Shown one piece after another: positions 1 to 9,235 of a DNA stretch of 47,725 bases. Position 1 is the stretch's first letter. The number at the start of each line of letters is the position of its first letter. The stretch covers positions 1 through 47,725 of the IMG/VR virus record IMGVR_UViG_3300005613_000108. The stretch is one strand, 5' to 3'. The DNA is from a virus. Lineage: Duplodnaviria; Caudoviricetes. The position numbers and the translations under genes were made by a program. The notes beneath the pieces were generated by a model. It had not been told where the DNA came from and made no database searches. It saw only the letters and a list, made by a program, of their open reading frames with translations.

Positions 1-571
1 CGGCGCCGGCGTACAGCTCCGTCGCGGCAGGAAAGGTCATGCCCAACAGCGGGGCGGTAACGACATTGCTGTTCACGTAGCCGGGGTAGAAGTAAACGTA
101 ACTCGGGATCGCCAACATCTGGAACCGCTTGATGACATACGTGAGCCCGTAATCACCACGCATCGGCGCATCTAGCCAATCCACCGCTCCCCCGTCCGCC
201 CATTTCAAGTCATCGGAAACGCTCTTCGACCGCTGATACCACTTCTGTAGTTTCTCGACAATCAGGTCTGCCGTGAGTGGTCCTCTCGTGGAGTAGACCA
301 GCTTGTGCCTGGCAAACTCGTAATCGGCAAGGCCGTCATCATCAACCCGCTGAGCCCCACCCGGCCATGGCACCGTCTCCAGCGACACGACAGTCGCCTG
401 GCTTTGGGGCCTGTACGGGTACAAGTTATTTGGGTAGCTCCCGATCTCATCGCGGTACGTAAACCTGTCGGCCCAAGCAGTCCGCACAACCCGGTCGGCC
501 TGAAACTGGTTAATCGTGTGCGTTTCACGGGGCCAGCCGGCAACGTCGTAATTTGCTACGGAGATTGGCAT
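1..571 (-). CDS. partial tail-region protein (possible distal-tail/baseplate-type), runs off the window
   Basis: Not in the ORF track. ATG at 571, two bases after the TAA of the upstream gene; frame open to position 1 (MPISVANYDVAGWPRETHTINQFQADRVVRTAWADRF...). Function is from position only. Confidence 0.6.
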   Translation of the reverse strand, partial: MPISVANYDVAGWPRETHTINQFQADRVVRTAWADRFTYRDEIGSYPNNLYPYRPQSQATVVSLETVPWPGGAQRVDDDGLADYEFARHKLVYSTRGPLTADLIVEKLQKWYQRSKSVSDDLKWADGGAVDWLDAPMRGDYGLTYVIKRFQMLAIPSYVYFYPGYVNSNVVTAPLLGMTFPAATELYAGA

Positions 572-573
572 TG

Positions 574-1527
574 TTAGCTGTACCGGGATCGGGTGTCGAT
601 ATTGGCTATCTGGTCGCTGATCGCAGCAAATTGTTCCGCGGAATCTTCATTCCCTCCGCTCCCCTTGCTGCTCGCCACGTTGAGAATTGCCGCGGCAACG
701 CCAAGTATCTGGTTCAATACCTGGACAACATCGGTCATGTCGCTGCCGGCCGACTCTTCACCGGGCTCCTCGTTGCGTGCTCGCTCCCGCTTCTCCACGA
801 CACTCATATCATCGTCCGGTTCGGCAGCCGGTGATTCCGGTGGCGTGGCTTCGGTTCGGGGAATACCATGATATGGGCTGGGACCACCGGAACCTACCTC
901 CCGCTCCAGCCAATCGGCTTCTTCGGGCGTCGGATAATAGGTGCCGGTTGGCAACGCTGGTGGTTCGGTAGGGGGCTCGGGAGTAGCTGACTGGGCAAAC
1001 AGGGTGGAGAACGGACCAGGCCCATCCGTAGACGGCGGTGTTGGATCTGGCCCAAACTCGTCCGGTGGCGGTTGTCGCCGCATGATCGGTGGCAGGCCAG
1101 GTGCTCCACCGGCCACCCACGCCTCGGTCTGCTCCCGCAGACTTGGCGATTCCGATGATCCCATTGGTTCCGCCGGTGGCGATACGCTTGGCTCCACCCC
1201 AAACTCGTCCGCCGGTGGCGATACGTCTGGTTCCAGCACAGACTCGTCCGCCGGTGGCGAGAGAGATCGTTCCGGTAGCTCTGAGGCTTCGCCTACAGCC
1301 GCCCCTTGCGATTCAATCTCCGGCAAGGCATCAGAGACCTCCGGGGCAACCACGGGCTCTGGCGGGCTCTCTGGCGATTCTGGGGGTGGTTGTGAAGTGC
1401 TTTCCGGCACAACAACTGATTCCAAAGGCTCCAGCGGTTCGGGCAGAGCTTGCTCATTGTCCGAATCTTCCGGGGTCTCCGTATCTTCCCTGTCTTCTCG
1501 AATGTCATCGTCTGCCATTGTAATCAT
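574..1527 (-). CDS. acidic Pro/Glu-rich, largely disordered protein in the tape-measure position
   Basis: 317 aa, P/E/S/D-rich, 13-aa tandem repeats, helical-looking C-terminus (DVVQVLNQILGVAAAILNVA); ATGA overlap with the upstream gene. Confidence 0.65.
   Translation of the reverse strand: MITMADDDIREDREDTETPEDSDNEQALPEPLEPLESVVVPESTSQPPPESPESPPEPVVAPEVSDALPEIESQGAAVGEASELPERSLSPPADESVLEPDVSPPADEFGVEPSVSPPAEPMGSSESPSLREQTEAWVAGGAPGLPPIMRRQPPPDEFGPDPTPPSTDGPGPFSTLFAQSATPEPPTEPPALPTGTYYPTPEEADWLEREVGSGGPSPYHGIPRTEATPPESPAAEPDDDMSVVEKRERARNEEPGEESAGSDMTDVVQVLNQILGVAAAILNVASSKGSGGNEDSAEQFAAISDQIANIDTRSRYS
1169..1260. repeat. 39-bp imperfect tandem repeat (about 2.5 copies), coding SPPADE(S/F)xxEPxV
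   Basis: TCCGCCGGTGGCGA recurs at 39-bp spacing (1169, 1208, 1247); a related copy lies near 1055-1070. Confidence 0.85.
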
Positions 1528-1817
1528 TCATCCCCATTTTTATCTGCCTTCGTCGTGACCCTTGCCAGGCCCAGCGCTTCGAGCAGGCAATCGGTGTAGA
1601 GCACTGCCTGCGCGGCCGCTTCACGCGCCTTGACAAGCGTGTTCTCGCTCTCGTCATCCGGTTTGTAGAACTCTTCGGATTCCGACATATCCCGGTAGTT
1701 CTGCTGGCCGGCCAATCTGGCACACATAAGCTGCGAGGCCGTGGTGATTCGCAAGTTCACTAACATCTGTTGAACTTGCATTTGCTGCTGTACGCCTGGA
1801 GGTAACTGCATTGACAT
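1524..1817 (-). CDS. hypothetical protein, possible tail assembly chaperone
   Basis: ATG 1817 with RBS CAGGAG; small helical protein directly after the tail-tube-like gene. Confidence 0.5.
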   Translation of the reverse strand: MSMQLPPGVQQQMQVQQMLVNLRITTASQLMCARLAGQQNYRDMSESEEFYKPDDESENTLVKAREAAAQAVLYTDCLLEALGLARVTTKADKNGDE

Positions 1818-1845
1818 GGTGATCTCCTGGAGGATGACACAACTA

Positions 1846-2664
1846 TCATTGGATGGGCCAAATCTGAGTTCCATCGGGCATCGTGATTGACCCTTGGGTG
1901 GTGCCGTAGTAGGCAGACCAATGGCCGGCGATCAGGGCGTAGACGGCCTCCGGCTCCCCATCGGCCTTGGACTGTACCGGGATGTTGTCCTTGACAACAT
2001 CCATGAATCCGTAGTCCACCCCCCAGCCAGTAGTCTCATCGGCCCCGGTCACGGTCTGAAAGAGTAACTGCTTGTAGGTGCTTCTGGCCGGCAGATCATC
2101 GGGATCGTCGTAGTACGCTTCTATGCGGAAGCGCGCTTCGTACTTGCCACGGATGCGGTAGGTATGCCCGGCCGTGCTCGTATCGTTGATCTTCGGGTTC
2201 TTGCACTCGACTTCCAGGAGCATCCGCCGCACGCTAAACAACGTATCGTCGATCCTCACTCCCAGCCCTTTGGCCGACGTGCCGCTGGGAGACCCGCTAT
2301 CGGTAACGGCGTCGTCATGTGTAGACATGGCCGCCGTACCCCGGAACTCTATTTCATGTTCGAGTGGCAAGCCGGCTTCAACTTCCCACTTCATGCGGGC
2401 AAGTTGCATAATCGCCGACCCCGACCTGCCCACTTCACCCGACAGAGCGTACTTGAACGTAAACGTCTCGCCGGGGTATTTGTACGGGGCGACTCCCATG
2501 CCCATCGCCTTCCCCGCCCAGTCGTCGTTCCCGACAACGGCAATTGGGCCTCCGGCACTGGCCGTGCATACAATATCCGCCGACTCTCCAATGTCCCACA
2601 CCTCGAAGCGCGTAAGACAATTGAAGCCGTCCATTGCGGCCCCTTCACCGATCACGTAACCCAT
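1846..2664 (-). CDS. tail tube-like protein, apparently two tandem tube domains
   Basis: RBS GAGGAG. Both halves carry the tube-like pattern D..T.S.GG...v.G..dW.G and DTSTAG...i.G; follows the terminator-like gene. Confidence 0.55.
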   Translation of the reverse strand: MGYVIGEGAAMDGFNCLTRFEVWDIGESADIVCTASAGGPIAVVGNDDWAGKAMGMGVAPYKYPGETFTFKYALSGEVGRSGSAIMQLARMKWEVEAGLPLEHEIEFRGTAAMSTHDDAVTDSGSPSGTSAKGLGVRIDDTLFSVRRMLLEVECKNPKINDTSTAGHTYRIRGKYEARFRIEAYYDDPDDLPARSTYKQLLFQTVTGADETTGWGVDYGFMDVVKDNIPVQSKADGEPEAVYALIAGHWSAYYGTTQGSITMPDGTQIWPIQ

Positions 2665-2681
2665 CGTAATTCTCCTCGTAG

Positions 2682-3215
2682 CTATGTGGAGGAGGTTAGC
2701 ATTTCTGATTTAGCGAACCAGCATTCGGTTTTAACCGTCAACACCGTGGTCCAGCCCTGTATCGCTTTATGCAGGGATGCGTTGTCCAGCTTATCAACCG
2801 AAAGAGTCGGTTCGCACGACTTGAAAAAATAGTCATCGTGCCAAGTCAAGGCGTCTCTCGTGTACGTGGTCCATCCTTCCATCGCACGGTAAATGGCCCA
2901 TAGTACATCCAGGAGCGTGTTGATGTATCGCCGCCCGGTAAGAATCTGTATCTCCCACACCAAGACTATCGCCGTGTGGCTCGTGTCACTGTGCCGGCTT
3001 GGCTCGCTCCCAGTCTGGATCACTCGCACGGCAGCGCTGCCGGATGGATCGCGCTGGTCAATCACGTCGGGTTCCCCAAGCCCGAACCCATCGGCGTCAT
3101 ACGTCTTGATTCGATTGCCGGCCAATATCAAATTACAAAAGTCGGTACGCGCTTCCAGCATGGTCCAGAAGGCGTCGTGTATCTGTTTCAGTGGATTGAC
3201 TTCTGGTGTGGCCAT
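2682..3215 (-). CDS. tail terminator / tail completion-like protein
   Basis: 177 aa alpha/beta pattern (helix, WEIQILTG strand, helix, C-terminal strand) between adaptor and tube genes. Confidence 0.5.
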   Translation of the reverse strand: MATPEVNPLKQIHDAFWTMLEARTDFCNLILAGNRIKTYDADGFGLGEPDVIDQRDPSGSAAVRVIQTGSEPSRHSDTSHTAIVLVWEIQILTGRRYINTLLDVLWAIYRAMEGWTTYTRDALTWHDDYFFKSCEPTLSVDKLDNASLHKAIQGWTTVLTVKTECWFAKSEMLTSST

Positions 3216-3218
3216 TGC

Positions 3219-3635
3219 TTAGGTCCGACAGTACGGGGCAGCGTCAACTTTACGGTCTCCGCTCTTGATCTCTTCAAGCACTTGCCTTGCCCACTGCTCC
3301 CGAAATACGAACCGATGCACTACCTGCTTCGTGTTCGGGTCGATGTCAAAGTTGCCCATCGCCTCGTACAGCCACACGCCCAGGAGCACGGCGGCAAGAT
3401 GTTGGATTGTCGCGGGAGTTGCCCCGGATGAATTGACCAATGGAATCTGATAGTTGGCCTGGATTGCATGTTCGTCAATCTCCGCGTCTACCCACGCACC
3501 GATGGTATTGATTCGGGCGGTAATGTCCGCCAGTACGCTTTCGTCGGTTACGTCGCCACGTTCCAGATTGGCCCAGTCGCGAATTGCCGTAACGCCGTAT
3601 ACTTGCTCGGCGTTGTCTCGTGAGTAGTACGCCAT
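3219..3635 (-). CDS. head-tail adaptor, Mu gp36/DUF1320-like
   Basis: N-terminal MAYYS, AEID...Y.IPL, P..I..LA..L...WLY and A...LE.IK.G match the DUF1320 pattern. Confidence 0.7.
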   Translation of the reverse strand: MAYYSRDNAEQVYGVTAIRDWANLERGDVTDESVLADITARINTIGAWVDAEIDEHAIQANYQIPLVNSSGATPATIQHLAAVLLGVWLYEAMGNFDIDPNTKQVVHRFVFREQWARQVLEEIKSGDRKVDAAPYCRT

Positions 3636-3643
3636 CTCGTCAC

Positions 3644-4831
3644 CTACGGTGTGTAGTAATCGGCCAGCCGGCGGAACCCCGGTCGGCCGCCACCCATCTT
3701 GCGGTTCGGTTGCTCGCCGGCCGACGCACCCTTGGCCCTTCGCAACGCATCATCGTATTCCGCCTTGATGCGCGGGTATTCCTTGATGTTCCGCATCCGG
3801 GCAAAGTGCATTTCCGCACAGCGCAAAAAGGCATCCCATGCCGAGCGATCCAGGTCAATGGCGTCCGTCACGCGATACGCCACATCACTTGCCGTCGTGC
3901 CGGAACTTGTGGTCGTCATGGCGGTAGTCGTTGTCACGTCGCCGATCACAAGCTCCTCAAGGTACGGATAACGGCCTTCCAGGCTGGTGGGCGGGTTCGT
4001 ATCATCGCTGATCCGCAGTATCGAACCCTCCATGGCTGCCCGGAAGGCTGTCGTTGTCCCGGTAATTGTGGTCCCGCTAACCGCAATCGTGCCCACGTAA
4101 TCGTCGGCCTCTTGCCCGGTGATTCGCAAGTCCCGCGGCCGGCGTCGATATGGAAGCAGTAGCCGCACGTCGCTGTCCAAGGCCGGATAGACAAACAAAG
4201 CAACGCCGCCGGAGGGGGCCTGGCCAATGCACCAGTAGTCAATGGTTCCCGACAATTGTTCCCAGCGGTGTAATTGTGCCATCGCACCCCACGACACCAG
4301 TGACCCGATAGTCGCGTACTCTTCTCCCAGCGGCTCCTCCATCGAGAGCCAATCGTCGGGTAGCGCGTACCAGCGACGATAGAGCGTATAGCTTTCACCA
4401 GACAGGTCTTCGCCCGGTGCCATGGTCGCACGCAACGTAGCGGTGGTTGACGAAATCCGCTGGTTGATGTCGCAAGTAATGCCATCCAAGTACAAACTCG
4501 CCCCATCGGTCCAGTCGGGAAACGTCGCGCCGGTAAGCGTTGCCGTAAGTGTGTCATGGTCATAGCTTAGCGTTCCGTCGGTCTGGGCTTCGTGACAGTA
4601 GACATTGGCCAGACTGCGCATAAACGGCCAATCGTGTGCGTTCACCACTTCGTCGTAAGCTCGCAACACTGCCCGACGCAAAAGACTCTGCGCCGCCGAG
4701 GAACCGTGCCCGGCAGCGAACTCGGTAAGATGCTCCAAGGCATCGGAATAGGTCAGCTTACGCTCAACGGCAACGGATACTGTTGTCCCAGAAGCCGCAA
4801 CCGAACCCTCATTGATCGTATGGGTACTCAT
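3644..4831 (-). CDS. head-completion/adaptor protein (T7 gp11 / P22 gp4-like) with inserted beta domains
   Basis: True start probably ATG 4831 (ATGA overlap). Motifs RRAVLRAYDEV...HDWPF, YALPDDW, LFVYPA.DS and a C-terminal helical pair. Confidence 0.5.
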   Translation of the reverse strand: MSTHTINEGSVAASGTTVSVAVERKLTYSDALEHLTEFAAGHGSSAAQSLLRRAVLRAYDEVVNAHDWPFMRSLANVYCHEAQTDGTLSYDHDTLTATLTGATFPDWTDGASLYLDGITCDINQRISSTTATLRATMAPGEDLSGESYTLYRRWYALPDDWLSMEEPLGEEYATIGSLVSWGAMAQLHRWEQLSGTIDYWCIGQAPSGGVALFVYPALDSDVRLLLPYRRRPRDLRITGQEADDYVGTIAVSGTTITGTTTAFRAAMEGSILRISDDTNPPTSLEGRYPYLEELVIGDVTTTTAMTTTSSGTTASDVAYRVTDAIDLDRSAWDAFLRCAEMHFARMRNIKEYPRIKAEYDDALRRAKGASAGEQPNRKMGGGRPGFRRLADYYTP

Positions 4832-7452
4832 GCCGTCACCGTAATCGTTTGCGGATTCGAGAAGTTGTAGCCTGATTTTTGACGCCACACATAATAGTCG
4901 CCCGCATCAAGCATGAACTCAACTTCGCCTGCGGTATCTGTCGATAAAGTGCCGGCCACAACACTCAACCCGGCTTCGTCCGTTGTGATCCACACCTCTA
5001 CACCGTCAACTGGATTGCCTGAGACTTGGCAAATAACAGTTGTGGCTACTGCCCCGCTACCGGTTTCCCCTGTTACCGCAGCGGCATCATCAAGTAATTC
5101 ATCCAATCGTCCACCATCCTTCCAATCGGCTTGCAACTCGTTGGTGTCGCCTACAATGTCGTCCAAGTGCTTGTCAATCGAGCCGGCCGCCGGATCGCCT
5201 GCTGTCGGGGCGAGCTTCATGGCGTCTCGCGTTTGCTGTGCCGTTAGGCCGCTCACCTCGATTGCCGCAATATCCGCCGCAATACTGTCGCCGGCCGGGG
5301 CTCCAAGCCGGGTGAAGCTATCGCCGGTGAGGTAATCGACGATCCGCTTGCCGATGCTGCCAACGGTGGTAAGGCCCGATGTGAGGGCCGCCCAGATGAC
5401 GCCAGCCAGGGTGGTGCGCTCGCCGGAGGTCAGGGCCATCGCATCACCCGCCTTGGCGATGGTATCGCCCGGGTCATGGCCGGCGAGTGTACCGAGGTTG
5501 GTAGCGAGTGTGTTTGTCCACTCTGCGGTGCTGAGTGCCGTAGAGGCTTGGGCAAGTGCTGTCAATGTTGCCCCAGTATCCAGGGCAGTGACGACAGCCG
5601 CCGCATCGTGGGTTGAGAAGCCCGTCGCCTTGAACGCATCCTCTCGGCCTGCGTCTGTAAAGTAGGTGTAGATCGTCGATGCGTCGGCCCCGCCCGCCCC
5701 CTGGAAGTCGCTGTAATCAGCAAGAGTAAGGCTGGCCGCCGCTCCGCCGTGCGCCCCGTTGCCAAGGTAGACCTTGTCGCTGGATGGATCGAAGTAGCTT
5801 GCGGCAACAATGGTTCTGGCCTCGAACTCAGCAACGGTTGGGATGTCGGCGAGTTGCGTATCCAAGTTTGCAGAAGCGATACCGATGGCCGTGCGTATTC
5901 CCGCTGCATCAAGCGGTGCCGTATAATCGCCGACCACAAAGTAATCGGCAGAAACGAGGGTTCTCGCCTCAAACTCCGCCACCGTCGGCAAATCGGCAAG
6001 CTGGGTATCAAGGTTGGCACTCGCCAGCCCTACGGCAGTTCGGACTCCAGCCGCGTCGAGAGTACTGAAGCCAGTGGCAGTTAAGCATTGAGGCAACGAA
6101 TGGGTGTCCTTGGCGAACCCCGTCCCCTTAATGTCCGTCAGGTGGTCGGTTATCGCCCCTATTTCGGTGTCGATATAGCCTGCAATCGTAGCTTGATTCG
6201 TAGCCGTTGCCATGTCGGGAATTGAATCGAAAGTACTGCCGTCCAGCGTTGCCGGCAGGCAGTCCACGTAACCAGAAATAGCGGACAACTGGGTATCAAG
6301 GTTGTCGGAAGCAAGTCCCACTGCCGTGCGCACCCCGGCCGCGTCAAGCGTACTAAACCCGGTAGCGGTAGCCCATGCGCCGTCACCGTGCGTCTCCAAG
6401 TTGCTTATCAGCGTTGACGCCGTACCCGCAACGTCGGGCGTCACGGTATTCCAGTCCCCCTTGCCGTCAAGCGAAGACGCCGCAAAAGTTGCTGCGACAA
6501 GAGCATCCGCCGCGAACGCATCGGCGGAAAACGCCCCCGTGTTGATACATGCCGCCGTGATAATGTCGGCGGGCAGCACCACCGAATCCATGCCGTCGCT
6601 GGCCAGCTTGAAGCCCGTCTTGTCGCTTACCTCTACGCTGGTCGCGGTTGTCCAGGCCGAATCGCCCTGGTCCCGGATAGCTTCCTGGCTGTCCGTTGTA
6701 GCAGCGTAATCGCCCGCTCCACTACCTTGGTTCGCGTTGATTTCGCCTAGCTCAGTCGCCCGGTCTGTGGTAATCGCCGCATCGCTACGGGCGAGTAGCT
6801 GCATGTAAGCCAGCAGCTTCGCGGCCGTTGCCGCACTGTCGGTCCCTCGCATTACATCCGAAGCAACGAGCAGGGGCGTAGCCACGTCGAATAGCTTCGT
6901 GAACGCTGCCGCAAGGTAGCCTGCTGAAGTCTCCGACAACTCGGTTCCGATGATAGCCCGCAAATCGGCCATGGCACGATGCGTACTCGGATCGTACCCC
7001 GTATCGGCGAAGTCCTTCAGGTCTTCAGCGGATTGGGTCGAGCCGCCTAGCTGAACCGCGTCTACCTCCAGGTTATCGCTGCCCTCAACCAACGAGTTCC
7101 ATACCTTCTCGGGAACAATGTCGTAGCTTGCCGAGCGGAACGGTAGCACGCCCGTTACGAAGCCCACGACCGTTAGCGTGCCCTCGGTATCGTTGTTGTA
7201 GCTTGCACCGCCCGAAGCAGGAATCTCTAATTCGTAGTATCCCTGATCGGTGTGTGCCCAATCGTAGTCGCCACTAGTGGTTGGGGTGAGGGCCGTGGTC
7301 GTTACCGTGCCGTCGTGCTTCTCCAAGATCACGTCGATCTCCATGCCAGCTTCATTGTAGGCAATGGACTCTTCTCGGCTCTTGAAGTCGCCGTCGTCGA
7401 TGAGCGGGCCGACGATAACCTTGATCGCTTGGTCTACGGGCTTGAATGGCAT
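4828..7452 (-). CDS. large repetitive virion fibre/structural protein
   Basis: 874 aa, A/D/T/G-rich. Internal repeats (TATGFSTLDAAGVRTAVGLAS.NLDTQL, LPTVAEFEART); C-terminal Ig/carboxypeptidase-regulatory-like domain (PVDGVEVWI...TDTAGEVEFMLDAGDY). Confidence 0.65.
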   Translation of the reverse strand: MPFKPVDQAIKVIVGPLIDDGDFKSREESIAYNEAGMEIDVILEKHDGTVTTTALTPTTSGDYDWAHTDQGYYELEIPASGGASYNNDTEGTLTVVGFVTGVLPFRSASYDIVPEKVWNSLVEGSDNLEVDAVQLGGSTQSAEDLKDFADTGYDPSTHRAMADLRAIIGTELSETSAGYLAAAFTKLFDVATPLLVASDVMRGTDSAATAAKLLAYMQLLARSDAAITTDRATELGEINANQGSGAGDYAATTDSQEAIRDQGDSAWTTATSVEVSDKTGFKLASDGMDSVVLPADIITAACINTGAFSADAFAADALVAATFAASSLDGKGDWNTVTPDVAGTASTLISNLETHGDGAWATATGFSTLDAAGVRTAVGLASDNLDTQLSAISGYVDCLPATLDGSTFDSIPDMATATNQATIAGYIDTEIGAITDHLTDIKGTGFAKDTHSLPQCLTATGFSTLDAAGVRTAVGLASANLDTQLADLPTVAEFEARTLVSADYFVVGDYTAPLDAAGIRTAIGIASANLDTQLADIPTVAEFEARTIVAASYFDPSSDKVYLGNGAHGGAAASLTLADYSDFQGAGGADASTIYTYFTDAGREDAFKATGFSTHDAAAVVTALDTGATLTALAQASTALSTAEWTNTLATNLGTLAGHDPGDTIAKAGDAMALTSGERTTLAGVIWAALTSGLTTVGSIGKRIVDYLTGDSFTRLGAPAGDSIAADIAAIEVSGLTAQQTRDAMKLAPTAGDPAAGSIDKHLDDIVGDTNELQADWKDGGRLDELLDDAAAVTGETGSGAVATTVICQVSGNPVDGVEVWITTDEAGLSVVAGTLSTDTAGEVEFMLDAGDYYVWRQKSGYNFSNPQTITVTA

Positions 7453-7455
7453 GGG

Positions 7456-8484
7456 TTAGACTCCCGCTCCAAGGCTCAAGTGTTGGTAGTAGTACCAGGG
7501 GTTACCTGCCGCCGCCTCATTCAAGTCCAAATCCTCAACGTCGAACGTCGCCGTATTCGCCTGACTAGTATGGGCACTTACCACGCCGAACGCATAGCGA
7601 TACGCTCGGTCGCCGCCCGCCGTCGGGATGGCCGAACTCATGGTGTCGATCAGGCTGGTACGGCCGGAATCGCTGTACGCTCGACACTGGATTGCGTTGT
7701 TCGCCGTTCGCTCGACAGTCAGGTAGATCGGCGTGGCGAACGCTCGGATACTGGCACACCAATCAACCGACGACCCTTCTTCGCTCACCATGCCGGGCTT
7801 GAAGCCGCCTCCCGTCGCATACATCGCTACGCTGCAAGCCTCATCGTTGCCGTACCAGTCATCGCGGTCGTCAATCACGTTACTAACTGCCCAGCAACCA
7901 TGGTATAAGTTGCTGTCCATGGAAGCGACGGTTAGCTTGAAATAGTGCGTAAACGTATTGCCGAAATGGGCGGCGCCCTTGTCGTCGTAAACGTAGGCGT
8001 CGATGTTGCCCGGCAATGCCGCAACGGCAATCTTGTTTGTCGTGACGGTGAAGTCGGAGCCCGGGTCAGTCTCGGTGTAGCCTGTAAAGTCTTCCAGCGG
8101 GTCGGGCGGCTCGGGGCTGGCGCCCTGCACGGCGTCCAGGCTCACGCCGGTTAGCGCTACCAGGTCGACGGCCGCATGATCGGCGTACCCTTCGCCCTTG
8201 AGCAACTCGTGGAGCGGGTCGGCTTCCGTGTGCCCCTTCCTTGGCTGCCAACCAGGCGTCTTGATCCCGCCGCGCAACTCCAGAATAGTGTGAATCAACC
8301 GCGTGTTGACGGATAGACATTCCTCTCGGAACCGCCTGGCCTCGGGCGACAAGTCGCCGGCCCGCGTGTTGTGCTTGAGCCTCACCGCCTCCACCGCGCT
8401 TAGCGCGTGCCGGTACCGATCGCGGGGCTGAACGATACCCTGCGGCCAGTTGAGCGGGGTGGTGGAGGTGGCTGCTTTTTTCAT
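7456..8484 (-). CDS. structural/adhesion protein with C-terminal beta-sandwich (lectin/LamG-like) domain
   Basis: 342 aa; the C-terminal ~200 aa are aromatic and beta-rich, following a PEPPDP linker. Confidence 0.45.
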   Translation of the reverse strand: MKKAATSTTPLNWPQGIVQPRDRYRHALSAVEAVRLKHNTRAGDLSPEARRFREECLSVNTRLIHTILELRGGIKTPGWQPRKGHTEADPLHELLKGEGYADHAAVDLVALTGVSLDAVQGASPEPPDPLEDFTGYTETDPGSDFTVTTNKIAVAALPGNIDAYVYDDKGAAHFGNTFTHYFKLTVASMDSNLYHGCWAVSNVIDDRDDWYGNDEACSVAMYATGGGFKPGMVSEEGSSVDWCASIRAFATPIYLTVERTANNAIQCRAYSDSGRTSLIDTMSSAIPTAGGDRAYRYAFGVVSAHTSQANTATFDVEDLDLNEAAAGNPWYYYQHLSLGAGV

Positions 8485-8639
8485 AGACTCGCTTCGCTGT
8501 CGTTACTCGTGTCCGGCAGGTATTCATCCGGCGGGTTTTGCGGTTCGTATCGCAACGCAAGCCAGCCTGTTGTCTGGCGGGTAGCAACTACGCGGTTATG
8601 CGCATGTTCGTATGGTACCAGCGTGGTATCAGGTTTCAT
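8481..8639 (-). CDS. small hypothetical protein (52 aa)
   Basis: Not in the ORF track; fills the gap exactly, with an ATGA overlap into the gene starting at 8484 (MKPDTTLVPYEHAHNRVV...). Confidence 0.4.
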   Translation of the reverse strand: MKPDTTLVPYEHAHNRVVATRQTTGWLALRYEPQNPPDEYLPDTSNDSEASL

Positions 8640-8838
8640 CGCCTCTCATTCCTCGCCCACCGCCAACAACGCTCTTGATCGCCCGAGTCGATGGGTACAC
8701 ATGCCCGTTTTCGCAACGGTCGTTTCCGTTGGGACGGCGCTCCCGTAGCTTCCCAGCCGCACCGCACATTGGGCAAAAGCCGTATGGCGACTCCGTCGAC
8801 GCCTTCACTTTCGCTTTTGCCTTGTCCTTTTCACTCAC
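8629..8838 (-). CDS. small zinc-ribbon protein
   Basis: YGFCPMCG...RERRPNGNDRCENGH; probable GTG start after GGAGG (the ORF track extends it to 8937). Confidence 0.5.
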   Translation of the reverse strand: MSEKDKAKAKVKASTESPYGFCPMCGAAGKLRERRPNGNDRCENGHVYPSTRAIKSVVGGGRGMRGDET

Positions 8839-8908
8839 CGCACCGCCCTCCAGAACAACGCCAGCCCGAGCAGGGCTAGCAGGATGTAGTCGGTTAGAGT
8901 TGGCCCGT

Positions 8909-9223
8909 TCATTCTCCACCCCCAGGCACCTCGCCACGACGCCCCGTCCACCGTGTCAGAATCTTCCGCTGTTCAGCCTGTTCGGCCTCGATTCTCTTGA
9001 TGCCCTCTCGGATGAAGGAAAACGAGGTGGTCATTTCCATCCGGTTCTTTTCTGCAGCCGTGTTGGCCCTAGATGCGTCAATCGCCGCGTCCCACGAAAC
9101 TGCGAACGTGCCGCACACTATCGTCGCGAGGATAGCCAGAATCGCGCCGCCAGCCTTGAACCCCAGCCAGAGGCGGCCGTGTCGCTTGTCGCATTCGGCT
9201 TCGGTGATGTGATTGACGGCCAT
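8909..9223 (-). CDS. single-TM membrane protein with coiled coil (holin/spanin-like candidate)
   Basis: Hydrophobic segment GGAILAILATIVCGTFAVSW followed by a coiled coil. Confidence 0.5.
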   Translation of the reverse strand: MAVNHITEAECDKRHGRLWLGFKAGGAILAILATIVCGTFAVSWDAAIDASRANTAAEKNRMEMTTSFSFIREGIKRIEAEQAEQRKILTRWTGRRGEVPGGGE

Positions 9224-9235
9224 TATGGCTATGCC

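Noticed and set aside
941-1558. 205-aa Gly/Ser-rich plus-strand ORF, and many similar antisense ORFs across the window
   Set aside because: Antisense mirrors of well-supported minus-strand genes in high-GC DNA.
1524-1560. Programmed -1 frameshift linking the putative chaperone to the next gene
   Set aside because: No convincing XXXYYYZ slippery heptamer; a simple ATGA overlap explains the junction.
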